Source of the DNA: Hyaloraphidium curvatum SAG 235-1
Taxonomy: Eukaryota > Fungi > Monoblepharomycota
Direction: 5' to 3'
Assembly: GCA_025558095.1 (NCBI GenBank)
Contig: JAIVFI010000037.1
Coordinates: 467,648-531,647 of the forward strand
DNA: 64,000 nt
A program made the position numbers and the translations under genes. Numbering within the stretch: the first letter of the stretch is position 1; every line of letters starts with the position of its first letter. This document shows positions 1 through 10,036 of the stretch, piece after piece. Below the pieces are notes generated by a model that was given only the letters and a program-made list of their open reading frames with translations, did not search any database and had not been told where the DNA came from.

Positions 1-455
1 ACCGAGAGCGTGAGTATCAGGGATAAAGGGATCTATTCGTTAATATGTTGAGCTCGAGCAACGAGGCACTGTTCTCTTGGGGCGCGTTGTTTTCTTCGCT
101 CGCAACGGTCTCCGACCTGCTGCTAAGCTATTCGGAAGGCATCGGTCAGCCCAGATGAGAAAGTGCGAGATTTGACGGAGAAGGAGAAACATACCACGTC
201 GTCTGGGAATCCGAGCTGGATGAGGCATTGAAAGCGGGGAAGGACCTCACGGGGAAGATGAAGATGTCGCAGTGCAGGATCAAGTCCCATGCGTGGTCGT
301 AGCTTACTGGTGATTATGATTGATGCCCGGCCCATTCGTTGGCGCACACTGGAGTCCAGGTGTCGGCGAGGCTTTTGACCCCGTGACTGCCCTTTGCGCA
401 CCGTCACCCATCGTCGCCCACACTCCCCACACGCCAAACCTCGAACCGACAAGCA

Positions 456-1239
456 ATGGAAGACATCGACGTCACCCCGACCGTCCACAGCGCCATGCGC
501 GCCGCCTCCACGGTCGCCAGCGCCGCCTCGCGCGGGGCCTCCGCCGCCGCTCACGGCGCCAAGGTCGCCGCCGAAATCTTCGCACCCCCCGCCACCGCGG
601 CCCCCCGCTCCCCCATGTCTGGCTTCGTCTTGGCGCTCCTCGCCGCCGAAATTGCCGTGCTCGTGGTGCTTGCAGTGCCGTTCGCGGTGCCCGGGAGGGC
701 CAGGGCTGTGGCGATGCTCAGCCTCAGCCCCGGGGCCGAGAGGGTGCGCTGGGTGCTCTACACCACCCTTGCCGGGCTGGGCGGGCTGCTCTGGGATGCG
801 GGGAGGAGGTGGAACGGGGCCGAGAAGGAGGTGAAGAACCTGATGGAGGATCAGCCCAAGTGAGTCCGATCCCACGCGGACGGTGACGACGAGGCGCTGA
901 CGCTGTTGTGCTCCCTGCGACTGGACCAGGCTCAGGGTGTTCTACGACACATTTACGCGCTCTTCGAGGCTGCAGACCGACTTCATCCTCGTCGCCGCCG
1001 CCCTCTTTGCCTCCTTCCTCATGGGGGCAGGCCGCGACCCGATCGACCGCCTGACAATGCTGATCTTCGTTGCCATCAGATACGTCCTCCACTTCCGCAC
1101 GCTGAGGGAGGAGCCCGGGCTTGCAAGGAGGTACGAGGCGCAGGCCGACAGAGCGACGCAGGGGCAGGCCAAGGCCGAGGTGCAGAACGCGGGCGAGGAC
1201 CCGGGCCTGAGGCAGAGGGCGCCGGGGCGCGGTGCTTGA
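456..1239 (+). CDS. BAP29/BAP31-like ER membrane protein
   Basis: Three hydrophobic segments (LALLAAEIAVLVVLAVPF, WVLYTTLAGLGGLLWDA, RLQTDFILVAAALFASFL) in BAP31-like order. A GT-AG intron at 860-929 joins ORFs 456..863 and 937..1239 in frame. Confidence 0.6.
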
Positions 1240-1592
1240 TCGGAGGGCGTTTTCTTGATGCTCGGGGCAGACACAACAATCGATTCTTGTCGGGCAATGC
1301 TTCTGTGTATGTTGTGCGCATCCAATCTTACTGGATCGGCGCCCGTCAACGTCATCGGCGCCATCCTCAGTTCCGCGATCCATCATGAACCCGAGCGGTC
1401 GAACGACCCGCAGCTTGGGTCTCTGAGTCCTCGCGAGCGTGTGTTTGGACCAATCATCAATTCCTTCTTCCTCCTTCGATGAACTCCATCCGGCCGGAGC
1501 GAAGGGGCGCGGGTTGAGAGGTCTCGAAGCCTCGACTGCTCCTCGTGGCAAGGTGCGTTCCAGCTCGTCCAGCAACTGCGGCCGGATCCAAC

Positions 1593-2600
1593 ATGGCCAC
1601 CGAATTGCGCGTGCGGGTCCCGCCCGCTTCCTTTTACGAAAGCTTCGATTGGCCCCCCCTGAGGTGCGCCGTCCGCGCCGAGGTCCGCCTCGGCGGGGCG
1701 TGGGAGCGGCTCCGGCTCTGCGACGTCGCCGTCAAGGGCACCGCGGCCAGCGCGTCCGTCGACCTGGCGCAGCTGGGGCAAGCCATGCGGGAAGGGAGCG
1801 TGGCGAGGATCCGGGTCGTCGTGCGGACCGACGCCGCCGGGGAGGTCGGCGACGACGGGGAGGAATGGTTCGCCATGGCCGAGGCGGTGCTCGACGGCCG
1901 TCCCCTGCCGCAGGCCTACGCCGACTTTGGCGAGGAGATGATCATTGATTCGGTTAGAGGCGCCGGGGCCGGTTGCCCAAAGTCAACCAGACTGACGTCC
2001 CCGTCTGCCCAGTACGAAGCCGCCAACGGCAAGGAAAACCCCATCTCGATCGCCTACGTGGATTTCAAGCCTCAGAAGGACCTCGGCAACGACGCCCTCT
2101 CGGAGGCGCGCGAGATCCAGGGCAAGATGGGAACAATCAGCGTCAAGGTCCGCCTCTGGCTGCACCAGGAAGAGCGCATGGAGGCCGCAGGGCCCGACGA
2201 GCAACTCAGCGCCGTGGCGGAGCTGATGCACTCCAAGGGGATCGTTCCCAAGGGCAAAGGGAGAGACTCCCCGTACGCCAGCGCCAGGTGATTTCGGCCC
2301 GGCAAGCTGCCCAGCTCGTCGCCGTGCTGACCGTCCTCTGTCCCGTGCAGGTTCTGCGACGGCACGGCCTCAAAAGGCACCGGGGACAGCGAGCCCCAGG
2401 AGCCGGTAAATGCGGAACCGGGGGAACCGGGACCGCACGCCCCGGCCGGGCCCAGGATGCTCCGCGTCGACTACGGCGGCACCACGCGCGTCCTCGCTTC
2501 CTTCGACATCCACTACGGCCGCAGCGCTCCGCAGCCCCGCGCGTCGGTGCCGATGCCCGAGGGCACGAGGGAGGAAGGCGGGACGGTGGTCGTCGACTAG
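1593..2600 (+). CDS. Hypothetical protein, possibly fungal DUF7918-like beta-rich domain
   Basis: ATG at 1593; introns near 1953-2012 and 2288-2350 (CTGAC...CAG). GTISVKVRL and VLASFDIHYGR motifs; ends at TAG 2598-2600. Confidence 0.5.
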
Positions 2601-2996
2601 CGGGCGGATCGAGAGCTCGCCAGGATGGGCTCGGGGTCTCCTGGGCAGCCAGCGCATCAATAAACGGCCCCGTCGCATCGGGCGTACCTCGAGGTTCGTC
2701 CTGCCCGGCAGCCACCGGCCCGGGCAGAACCCCGCGCGGCCGTCCCACCGGAACCGCGGGCGTGCCCGGGCGGAATCCCCGCGGGTTCCGGGAGCAATCC
2801 GCGCCGCGAGCCCGCCGGAGCGGCACCGGACCGGACCGGACGCCCGGCGCGGCACCGAGACAAAAGGTCCGAGACGCAGCTCTTCCCCATTCCGCCGCCG
2901 ACACCCCCTTGGCATCGTCCCCCTCCCCCGCTCCGTCCGCCCCTCGCCCGTACCCTCTCCACCCTTCCGCCTTCCCCTTCCCCGCGCCGAAAGCGG

Positions 2997-3534
2997 TCAC
3001 GCCGCGACCTTGTTCTCCTGCCCCCTCCGCCAGCTTCCCCGTTCCCCCCTTCGTCAGCCCCATCTCCCCTCGCGCGACGAACGGAGAGACCCACTCCCAT
3101 ATCCTGAAGAGCTGGTAGAACCCCGTCCCCGCGACGAAGATGTTGACGAACATGAGCGAGTAGTTGACCGGCGTGATGACGGTGGCGTAGCGCGACCAGA
3201 TTGTTCCCGTGGCGGCGAGGGCTGGGGCACGGGCGGCGGGGTTTCCCAGAGGGAGCGGGGGAGGGAGGGCGACGCGTGAGACGGTGGCGGGGGGTTGCGA
3301 CGGCGGCGGACGCACAGACGCTCTGGCTGACGCTGAGCTTGTCCGCCGGCCTCTTGAGATCCGCGAGCCCCGCGATGACCAGCGCCTGCCCCTCCGTTAG
3401 CGCGCGCGAGGACCCGGAGGCGGGCGGAGGAAGGCTACCCATTTCATCAGCGGCGCCCAGAAGAATATCGTGCGGGGGCCGGCGGGGTGGTTGATGAAGC
3501 GCGAGAGGGCGGAGGGCGCGGGGGCGGCGGCCAT
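2997..3534 (-). CDS. MPC2: Mitochondrial pyruvate carrier subunit 2
   Basis: Spliced product NHPAGPRTIFFWAPLMKW / LVIAGLADLKRPADKLSVSQS / LAATGTIWSRYATVITPVNYSLMFVNIFVAGTGFYQLFRIW is the MPC2 signature; three short introns. Confidence 0.93.
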
Positions 3535-4832
3535 CGCGGCGAACTGTGGGGGAGGTGGGGGGGCAAGTTGGACGCGTCGGCGCGGCGGACCGTGCGGAAC
3601 GGACGGGGAGGGGCGGATTGCGGGGACCGTGCGGAATCGGCGCCGGGGGAGGCGCAAACGGGAGCGGTGCATGGAAAAACCGGCGCACGGGGCAGATGGC
3701 GAGATCGAGGCATGCCGAAAGCGGTGCGGGGCAGGGCGGGGGTTCCGCGGGCCAAGGGAAGGAGGTGGCCGGGGGTCCTTTGAACCGGAGGCGTCCGCCC
3801 GTCGCCGCGGCGCACGTCCCGCGCCGAACCGTGCCGTCCCGCTTCCCCATGCCTTCCATTTATCCATGGTCGCGATCGGGACGTGGAGATGGCGGGCGGC
3901 GGCGGCGGTCCGTTCGGTCGTCGCCGCCGCGAAGTCTGGACGCCCTCCATACGGGCCCTTTTGCTACGGAGGAGCCCTGGTCCGCCGGGAATGTCTCCCC
4001 GCGGCGGGGCACGGACTCTTTCGGCGGGGTGTCGCGCTGTGAGCACAATCGGGGTGATCGGCCGCGAAAAAGGTGGGGGGACGGGGGAGGCGCCAAGCAC
4101 GTGCACTCCGGGAAAAACGATGGGGGGGTGCGGCGAAGCGGCCCCGTGCGCCGTCGAGCGGATTGTGCACGGGATCCCGCGCCGGGGGCCCGGGACGATC
4201 GGCAAACAGGCCGGAAACGTCGTTGTGGGAGGGCGAGGGAGTCGGATGCGCTTGCGCCTGTGGAAAAGCCGCGTGGGGAATCGCGAGGCGATTTTCACGT
4301 GGGTCCAAAGCGTGCCGTTCCGAGTCGATCCCGGACCCGGGGGGAAGCCCGCCGCAGCACCACCCGAACATTCCTCCCTGGCACGGAAGCGTACGTTCCG
4401 CCGACTTTGTTCGTCGCCCTGCCCCGCTGTCGGTGAAGCCCGCTCGTTGAAGGGGGGCGCGGGCTGGACGAAGGGCACCTCGCTTACGTCAATCCTCGAC
4501 TCCCCCTCGACCGGTTCCCGTCCATTCATTCACCCGGCCAGCGGCAGAGGGGCGCCGATGCCCCGCGGAGGGCGCGCGTGAGCCGCACGGCGAGAGCGAG
4601 CGAGGTGGGCGTCGGCGGCCGGGCGCAAGGGCAGGCGGGGGGCGGCTCGGCGGGGACGGCACCGCCGCACCGTGGGCTGGCGGGCACACCGGGAGGGCGC
4701 TGTTACCGGCGGGGCACCGGCAGGGCACACCGGCAGGCGCTGAGAGACCGAGCGGCGGAGGAGGGCGGCGACGAGGCCGGCCCGCGCGAGCGCGTTCGAG
4801 AGACCCGCTGATCCGCGGCCGTTTCGTTTCAG

Positions 4833-6423
4833 ATGGGGACGTTCGTTGCCGACTTCGGGCTGGACGGCGAGCACGGCGGCGAGGGCGTGCCGCGGCGGCG
4901 GTCGTCGGCGACGGAGCTGCGCGGCGTGGCGGCGCGCGGCGGGCGCGGGCAGGACAGGGTGGAACGCGGGGCGGGCGGCGACCGCGGCTCGGCGCCCAGG
5001 CAGCGCGTGCGCACGGCGCCGCTGAGCGGGATCGGCGCGCTCAGCTCGCTGTGGGCCGGCGTGGTCGGGGACGCCGCGCCGGAGAGCCCGGGAACGGGCA
5101 CGCGGACGGACTCGGACTCGGGCGGGATGCCCGACCCCGCCCGCTCGCGGCCGGCCTCGCCATCCGGCCAACTCACGGGAGGCTCGACCTCGGATGTTGG
5201 ACACTCGGGATACGGGACGGCGCACGGCCCGCCTGCCCGGGGAACGCGGGAAGCCCCCGCCTCCCGCAATCACGTGCGCCCCGCGACCCCCGCTCCCGAG
5301 CCCGCGGACTCGCACCCCGGCGCGCAGGACGACGCGCCCCCGCGCGGCACCCGCGGCCCGATGCCCACGCCCTCCCCCACGCCGCCGCTGGCGGGGCGCA
5401 TGCACGCCAAGCTGCGGCACGCGGAATCGTCCTCGGGCACCGACTCGGAGGACGACGGGGCCATGTGGTTCGGCCGGGGATCGGCATCCTCGTCGCCCGC
5501 TGCGTCGTCGGCGTCCTCCCCCCGCGCCAAACCCCCGCAGCCCGAACCCGCAGACGACCTCGACCGCCGCCCCATTTCCAAGCTCGCCGCGCCCGAGCTC
5601 TCTCCGCGCCGAACCGCCTCGGCCTACTCCCTGAGCAAGAAGGACCTGCCCCCCTGGAACCGGCGCGACCGCGTGCGCGACTCGAGCCCCTCGGACGGCT
5701 CGTCGCCGCGGCGCAGCTCGAGCTTCACCTTCTCGCCCGATCGCAAGCAGCCCGCGCAGGGGCAGGCCAACGCCAGGTCGCCGGCAGCGAGGGTTCTCTT
5801 CCCCGACCCCGGGCCCCGCCGCTCCCCGCCCACCCCTCCGACGCTCACCTCGCGCATCGGCTCTCGGCCGCGCGCTGTTCCTCGACGACACCTTGCCCCC
5901 TCCTTCCGGTGGCTCGCCTTCCCACCCGCACCTCCCCCTCCCCACCACCCCGCCGCTGCACGCCGCCCGCCAGCCCGGCCGGCGCTACGCCCCGCGCACC
6001 CCGTCCCCCTCCTTGCCGAGGGAAGGCGAGATCCCCGAGGACTACGACCCCAACCTGCTGTGGGACGGCCCGGCGCCGCCGCCGGCCCCGCGTGCGCCGC
6101 GAGAGCCGCTCACCCCCATCGCGGCGCTGGACAGCCTGCTCGTGTTGAACGCGACCGTCCTGGCCGCGCTCGCGGTCGTCGGGATCACCCTGCTGTCGTA
6201 CCTCCTCTCGGCCACGGACGCCGTGCTGCCGGCGCTCAAATCCGGTTCGGGGCACGTGCTGGATGCCGTGGGGGGGGTGGGGAGGACGGTGGTGCCGGGG
6301 CTGAGGAGGGTCGGCAGGGCGCTGGGCGGGCTGGGGGTCGTGAGCAGGGGGGGCGGGGGGAGGGTGGCGGGGGAGGGGGAGAGGGAGGTGCGCGAGGTCA
6401 GCAGGGAGGGGGTGGGGATGTGA
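4833..6423 (+). CDS. Hypothetical Ser/Pro-rich protein with a C-terminal transmembrane segment
   Basis: ORF from 4833 looks coding to about 5800. The ORF 5893..6423 carries a TM segment (LLVLNATVLAALAVVGITLLSYLL). Joining them needs a frame change in a C-run-rich stretch. Confidence 0.4.
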
Positions 6424-6754
6424 TTCCTTGGGAGGGGGGGAGGGGTTGCCTGGGAAGGACTGCTCGGGGAGAGATGCTTGGGGGCAACGTACCGCTTGGG
6501 AGAAGGACGACGGGAGCTTTGGCCACGGGAGTGGATGCATGTACAACAGACGGTCACACGGGAGGTAGAGTTTTCGGGATCATGGCCTGCGATGCCCTGG
6601 TGCTCTTTCGAGCAGTTCGCCTTCTCGTTGGTGCGCGCGGATGCTGCGTGGCCGGGGTGGTCCGCGAGGTTCTGCGCTTCGCGGTGAGCTAGGATGGGCG
6701 CCGCGATCCTCCGGGCGGCCGGAGCTGACGACGATTCGGGGGCGGGCACCCGTC

Positions 6755-7076
6755 GGATTAGATCAGGAAGTGCTCGGGGCGCCGGTGGACGTGTACGCAT
6801 TCGCGATGGTGTGCTACGAGGTGGCGAGCGGGGGGATGTACCCGTTCCAGGGGATGAACGCGATGGCGGCGGGCTCCTCCACACCGTGTGGAGCATCGAA
6901 GCTCACCTCCCGCTCCCCGGCAGATCATGTGCAAGGTTTGCGACGAGCAGAAGCGCCCCCCGCGGCCCGACGGGGCGTCGGACGCCACGTGGGAAATGAT
7001 GCGGCGGATGTGGGCGCAGGCGGCGGCGGCCAGGCCGGCGTTCGTCGAGGTGGCGGCCGAGATGGCAGGTTGGTGA
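6755..7076 (+). pseudogene. 5'-truncated TKL-type protein kinase fragment (subdomains IX-XI only)
   Basis: VDVYAFAMVCYEVASGGMYPF, then a GC-AG intron (6869-6923), then IMCKVCDEQKRP...MWAQAAAARPAF. No HRD, DFG or N-lobe is visible upstream. Confidence 0.75.
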
Positions 7077-7452
7077 GCCGTTCGGTGTATTTCGATCAAA
7101 ATCTATGCCGTCGTTGGTCATTCCGTTCTTGCTTTGTATGCGTGCTTTTTTCCATGGCTTCGCAGTCGGGAATCGGGTTCGCCTGACAGATGAGGCAAGA
7201 TTCTCCCGTCGGCGTCGAAAACGCCGACCTACGGTGCACGGCCCACCTACTTGGTCGCGGCGGTCCGTGCACGGACCATCGGCGCCGGAGAGCAGCCGCA
7301 GCGAGGACGGACGCGGGGGCGAACGTCGTGCGCCACCTGGGGCACGGCGGACGCGTTCACGCGCTTGCGGCGCCGCATCGCGCCCTGATTGGCACATGGA
7401 ACCTTCTTCGAACCAATACCTGGATTTACGGTGCCGGGAGACCCCTGCGGCT

Positions 7453-8707
7453 ATGTCTCAAGCTTCCTCGGCGGCCGGTACCCTCAATGGCCTGGCGCGC
7501 CACGCCGATCCGCCAGAGTACATCTGCGCCATATGTACCGAGACGATCCACCCGCATCGCCAGCCCGTGCTCCTGGCCGGCCCGTGCGAGACCCACGTGT
7601 TCTGTCGCGAGTGCGCCGAGGAGCTTCGGCAGAAGGAGTGTCCCGTCTGCCGGAAACCGTTCGAAGGGATCATGCCGCTGAGCGGCAACCGATTTGCGTG
7701 GAGGGCGTACAACAACGCGAGGTTGCGGTGCTTCTACGAGTGCGGGGAGGCGGCCGACGTGGCGGACCTCGAGGGGCACTACAGGCGGTGCAACAAGGCC
7801 AAGTGCGGCGCATGCGGGATCGTCTTGGCTCCCCCGACGACCCTCGAGGTGGGCCGGCTTCCGGTACCCGTCGTCGTGAGCTGAGCTGATGTCCCGGCTC
7901 GTGCAAGGATCACAAGGGCACGTGTCCCAGGAGGCTCGTCCCGTGCAAGTTCGTCGGGCAAGGCTGTACGGACAAGAGTCTAGCCAGTGAAGAGCTAGCC
8001 AATCACGAGAAGCTCTGTGGTTGGAGGACGGTCAAGTGTGATCTGCTGCTGTGCGAGCACGAGGTGGGCGACCCCCAGCCTTCCGAGGAGCGACAGATTG
8101 ACGACGTCTGCAGTGCCTAGCAAAGGACTTGAAGGAACATGAGGTCGCTGCGATGGGAGACCACCTGAAGCTGGCTTTGGAGGAAGTCAAACGCCTGCGC
8201 ACCACTGTGGCGGGTAGCTTTGGGGTCTTCACCGTGGATGTCGGGCTCCCGCGCCGCGAGTGGACCGTGCCAGTCTCTCCATCTCCAGAGGGTCGCTTGC
8301 AGTCACCTTTGTTCGGATGCGGAGGCGCGACATTCTACGTGCGAGCGGCACTAGGAAAAGCGGGAACCGAGTCATCGGTTGGACTCTCCCTGTATCTTCG
8401 CTCAACAGACTTTGGACATGGAGGAGTGTCCGTCAGGATCCGTTCGGTGCATGCGCATTTTTCGCTCGAGCTACTTGACAAGAACAACCAGCCCGTGAAC
8501 AAGAGAGTTGAGAAGGGGACAATCGGCATTGCGGGTTCGGGCTGGCACAACTTTTGTGACTTCGACCCCGGGATGCAGGTCATTGACCTCGGCGACCGCT
8601 CCGTTCTCCGGGTCAAGGTCGAGCTCTACGTTCGAAGAACGTTTTCCGATGCCCTCCCCACCTCGACGATATCAACAAAGTGGCCGGATTCCCCGTTGGA
8701 AGACTAG
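7453..8707 (+). CDS. TRAF-like protein: RING finger + TRAF-type zinc fingers + coiled coil + MATH-like domain
   Basis: CAIC...CETHVFCRECA...CPVC RING; LEGHYRRC, HKGTCPRRLVPCKF..GC and HEKLC zinc fingers; HLKLALEEV coil; SPLF..GGATFYV..VGLSLYL..FSLELLD..GSGWHNF MATH pattern. Two GTGGGC introns. Confidence 0.8.
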
Positions 8708-8760
8708 GATGGCTTCATGCAGGTGCAAGCATCACGAGTGGCTGCCCGTCATTTGGGCGC

Positions 8761-8876
8761 TGATGCGGCGGATGCGGGCGCAGGAGGCGGCGGCCAGGCC
8801 GGGTTGGTGAGCCGAGCGGTTTCCGATGGGACTGTATGGGTAGGGCACCCGTCGTTGGTCGTTCGGAGCTTGCTTT
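8761..8876 (+). repeat. Diverged direct copy of 6997-7135 (kinase 3' end and 3' flank)
   Basis: TGATGCGGCGGATG.GGGCGCAGG.GGCGGCGGCCAGGCCG, GGTTGGTGAGCCG, CCGTCGTTGGTC and TTGCTTT are shared in the same order; this copy has an internal deletion of about 28 nt. Confidence 0.8.
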
Positions 8877-8965
8877 CTCGCCGCGGCGCCGCATCCAACC
8901 GTCGCGGATCCCGCCCGCTTCCCCTGCCCCCCCCTGCCCACGTCCCGGCCCCAAACAAACACGCG

Positions 8966-9817
8966 ATGCCCTCCCTCTCCGCCCCACCGTTTGCTCCCCT
9001 TCGCCCCTCCTTTGTCCCGCTCCTCCTCCACCCAGCCGCCGCAACCGCGCCGGAACGGGGACCCGCGTCCCACGTCGACCCGCTCCATCTGGGCCCGTGG
9101 ATGCCCGGACTGCCGCCGAGCTCGCCGCGGGGGCTGCTGCAGTTGATGGTGGGGGAGGAGGGGGGTGGGGAGGAGGAAGTGGGTGGGGAGGTTGGGGGGC
9201 TGTTCGGGGGGGTGGGGTGGGGGGTGGGGAGCGCGGGGCCGGTGGGCGCGGCGGGCCCTCGAAAGGACGATGAGAAGATTGCAGAGGATCTGGAGAAGGC
9301 CATCAAGGTGGTTTGCACTGCTTCCCCCCCGAATGCGCCGACCAACCCGCCCCAGACGCCCCGGCCCCCCGCCGCCGCATCCCCCGCCTCCTCTCCGCAC
9401 GCCGGCTTCCCGACCATCACCGGGGACACCCCCCGCCCCGCGCTGTCACCCACCGCCATGCGCCCGGAGCCGATCACCCCGTGCAGGCCCAAGCCGACGC
9501 CGGGGAGGAGGGCGACGCCGAAGAGCACGCCGAGGAAGCCCCGCGCGCCTGCAAGGCCCAGGAACGTCGAAAGCACCCCCACGCGCACCCCGAAACGCAC
9601 GCCCAAGCGCTCTCCCGCCCCCGCGATCGCCGACGTCCCGGCCAGGCCGGCCGAGGACCCCGTGCTGGCGCTGCTCGCGCGGTGCAGGCACATGAAGGCC
9701 AACCGCTGGTCCAGGGCGCGGATGGCGGCGGAGATGGGGAGGATGGGGGCGGGCGCGGTGCGGCCGCTGGGGGGCGCGAGGGTGGGCAGGGGGGCGGTGC
9801 CGCTGCCGGGGGCGTAG
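8966..9817 (+). CDS. Hypothetical Pro/Thr/Arg-rich protein
   Basis: Open frame with a helical segment (DDEKIAEDLEKAIK) and TPK/TPR repeats; no recognisable domain. Confidence 0.35.
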   Translation: MPSLSAPPFAPLRPSFVPLLLHPAAATAPERGPASHVDPLHLGPWMPGLPPSSPRGLLQLMVGEEGGGEEEVGGEVGGLFGGVGWGVGSAGPVGAAGPRKDDEKIAEDLEKAIKVVCTASPPNAPTNPPQTPRPPAAASPASSPHAGFPTITGDTPRPALSPTAMRPEPITPCRPKPTPGRRATPKSTPRKPRAPARPRNVESTPTRTPKRTPKRSPAPAIADVPARPAEDPVLALLARCRHMKANRWSRARMAAEMGRMGAGAVRPLGGARVGRGAVPLPGA

Positions 9818-10036
9818 GATGGGACGGTGGCCGGCGGGCGGACGGGCCCGGAAAAACGAGGGAAGCGGGCGGATGGGGTGCATCCACGCTATAGAGGGCT
9901 AGAGACGTGGTTTCCAAGGCGGCTTTCGGTCCCCCGTTCCGCGTCTCCCGAGTGAGGAGCAGGGGACCGCCCGCCCTGTTCTAGCCATTTCCCTATCCGA
10001 CGCCACGACAAGTCCCGCTCCCCCCGCGCCGCGGCG

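Noticed and set aside
1022-1079. Non-canonical second intron in the BAP31-like gene
   Set aside because: A branch-like CTGAC and a CAG are present, but no GT or GC donor gives the right phase, and the frame is open without splicing.
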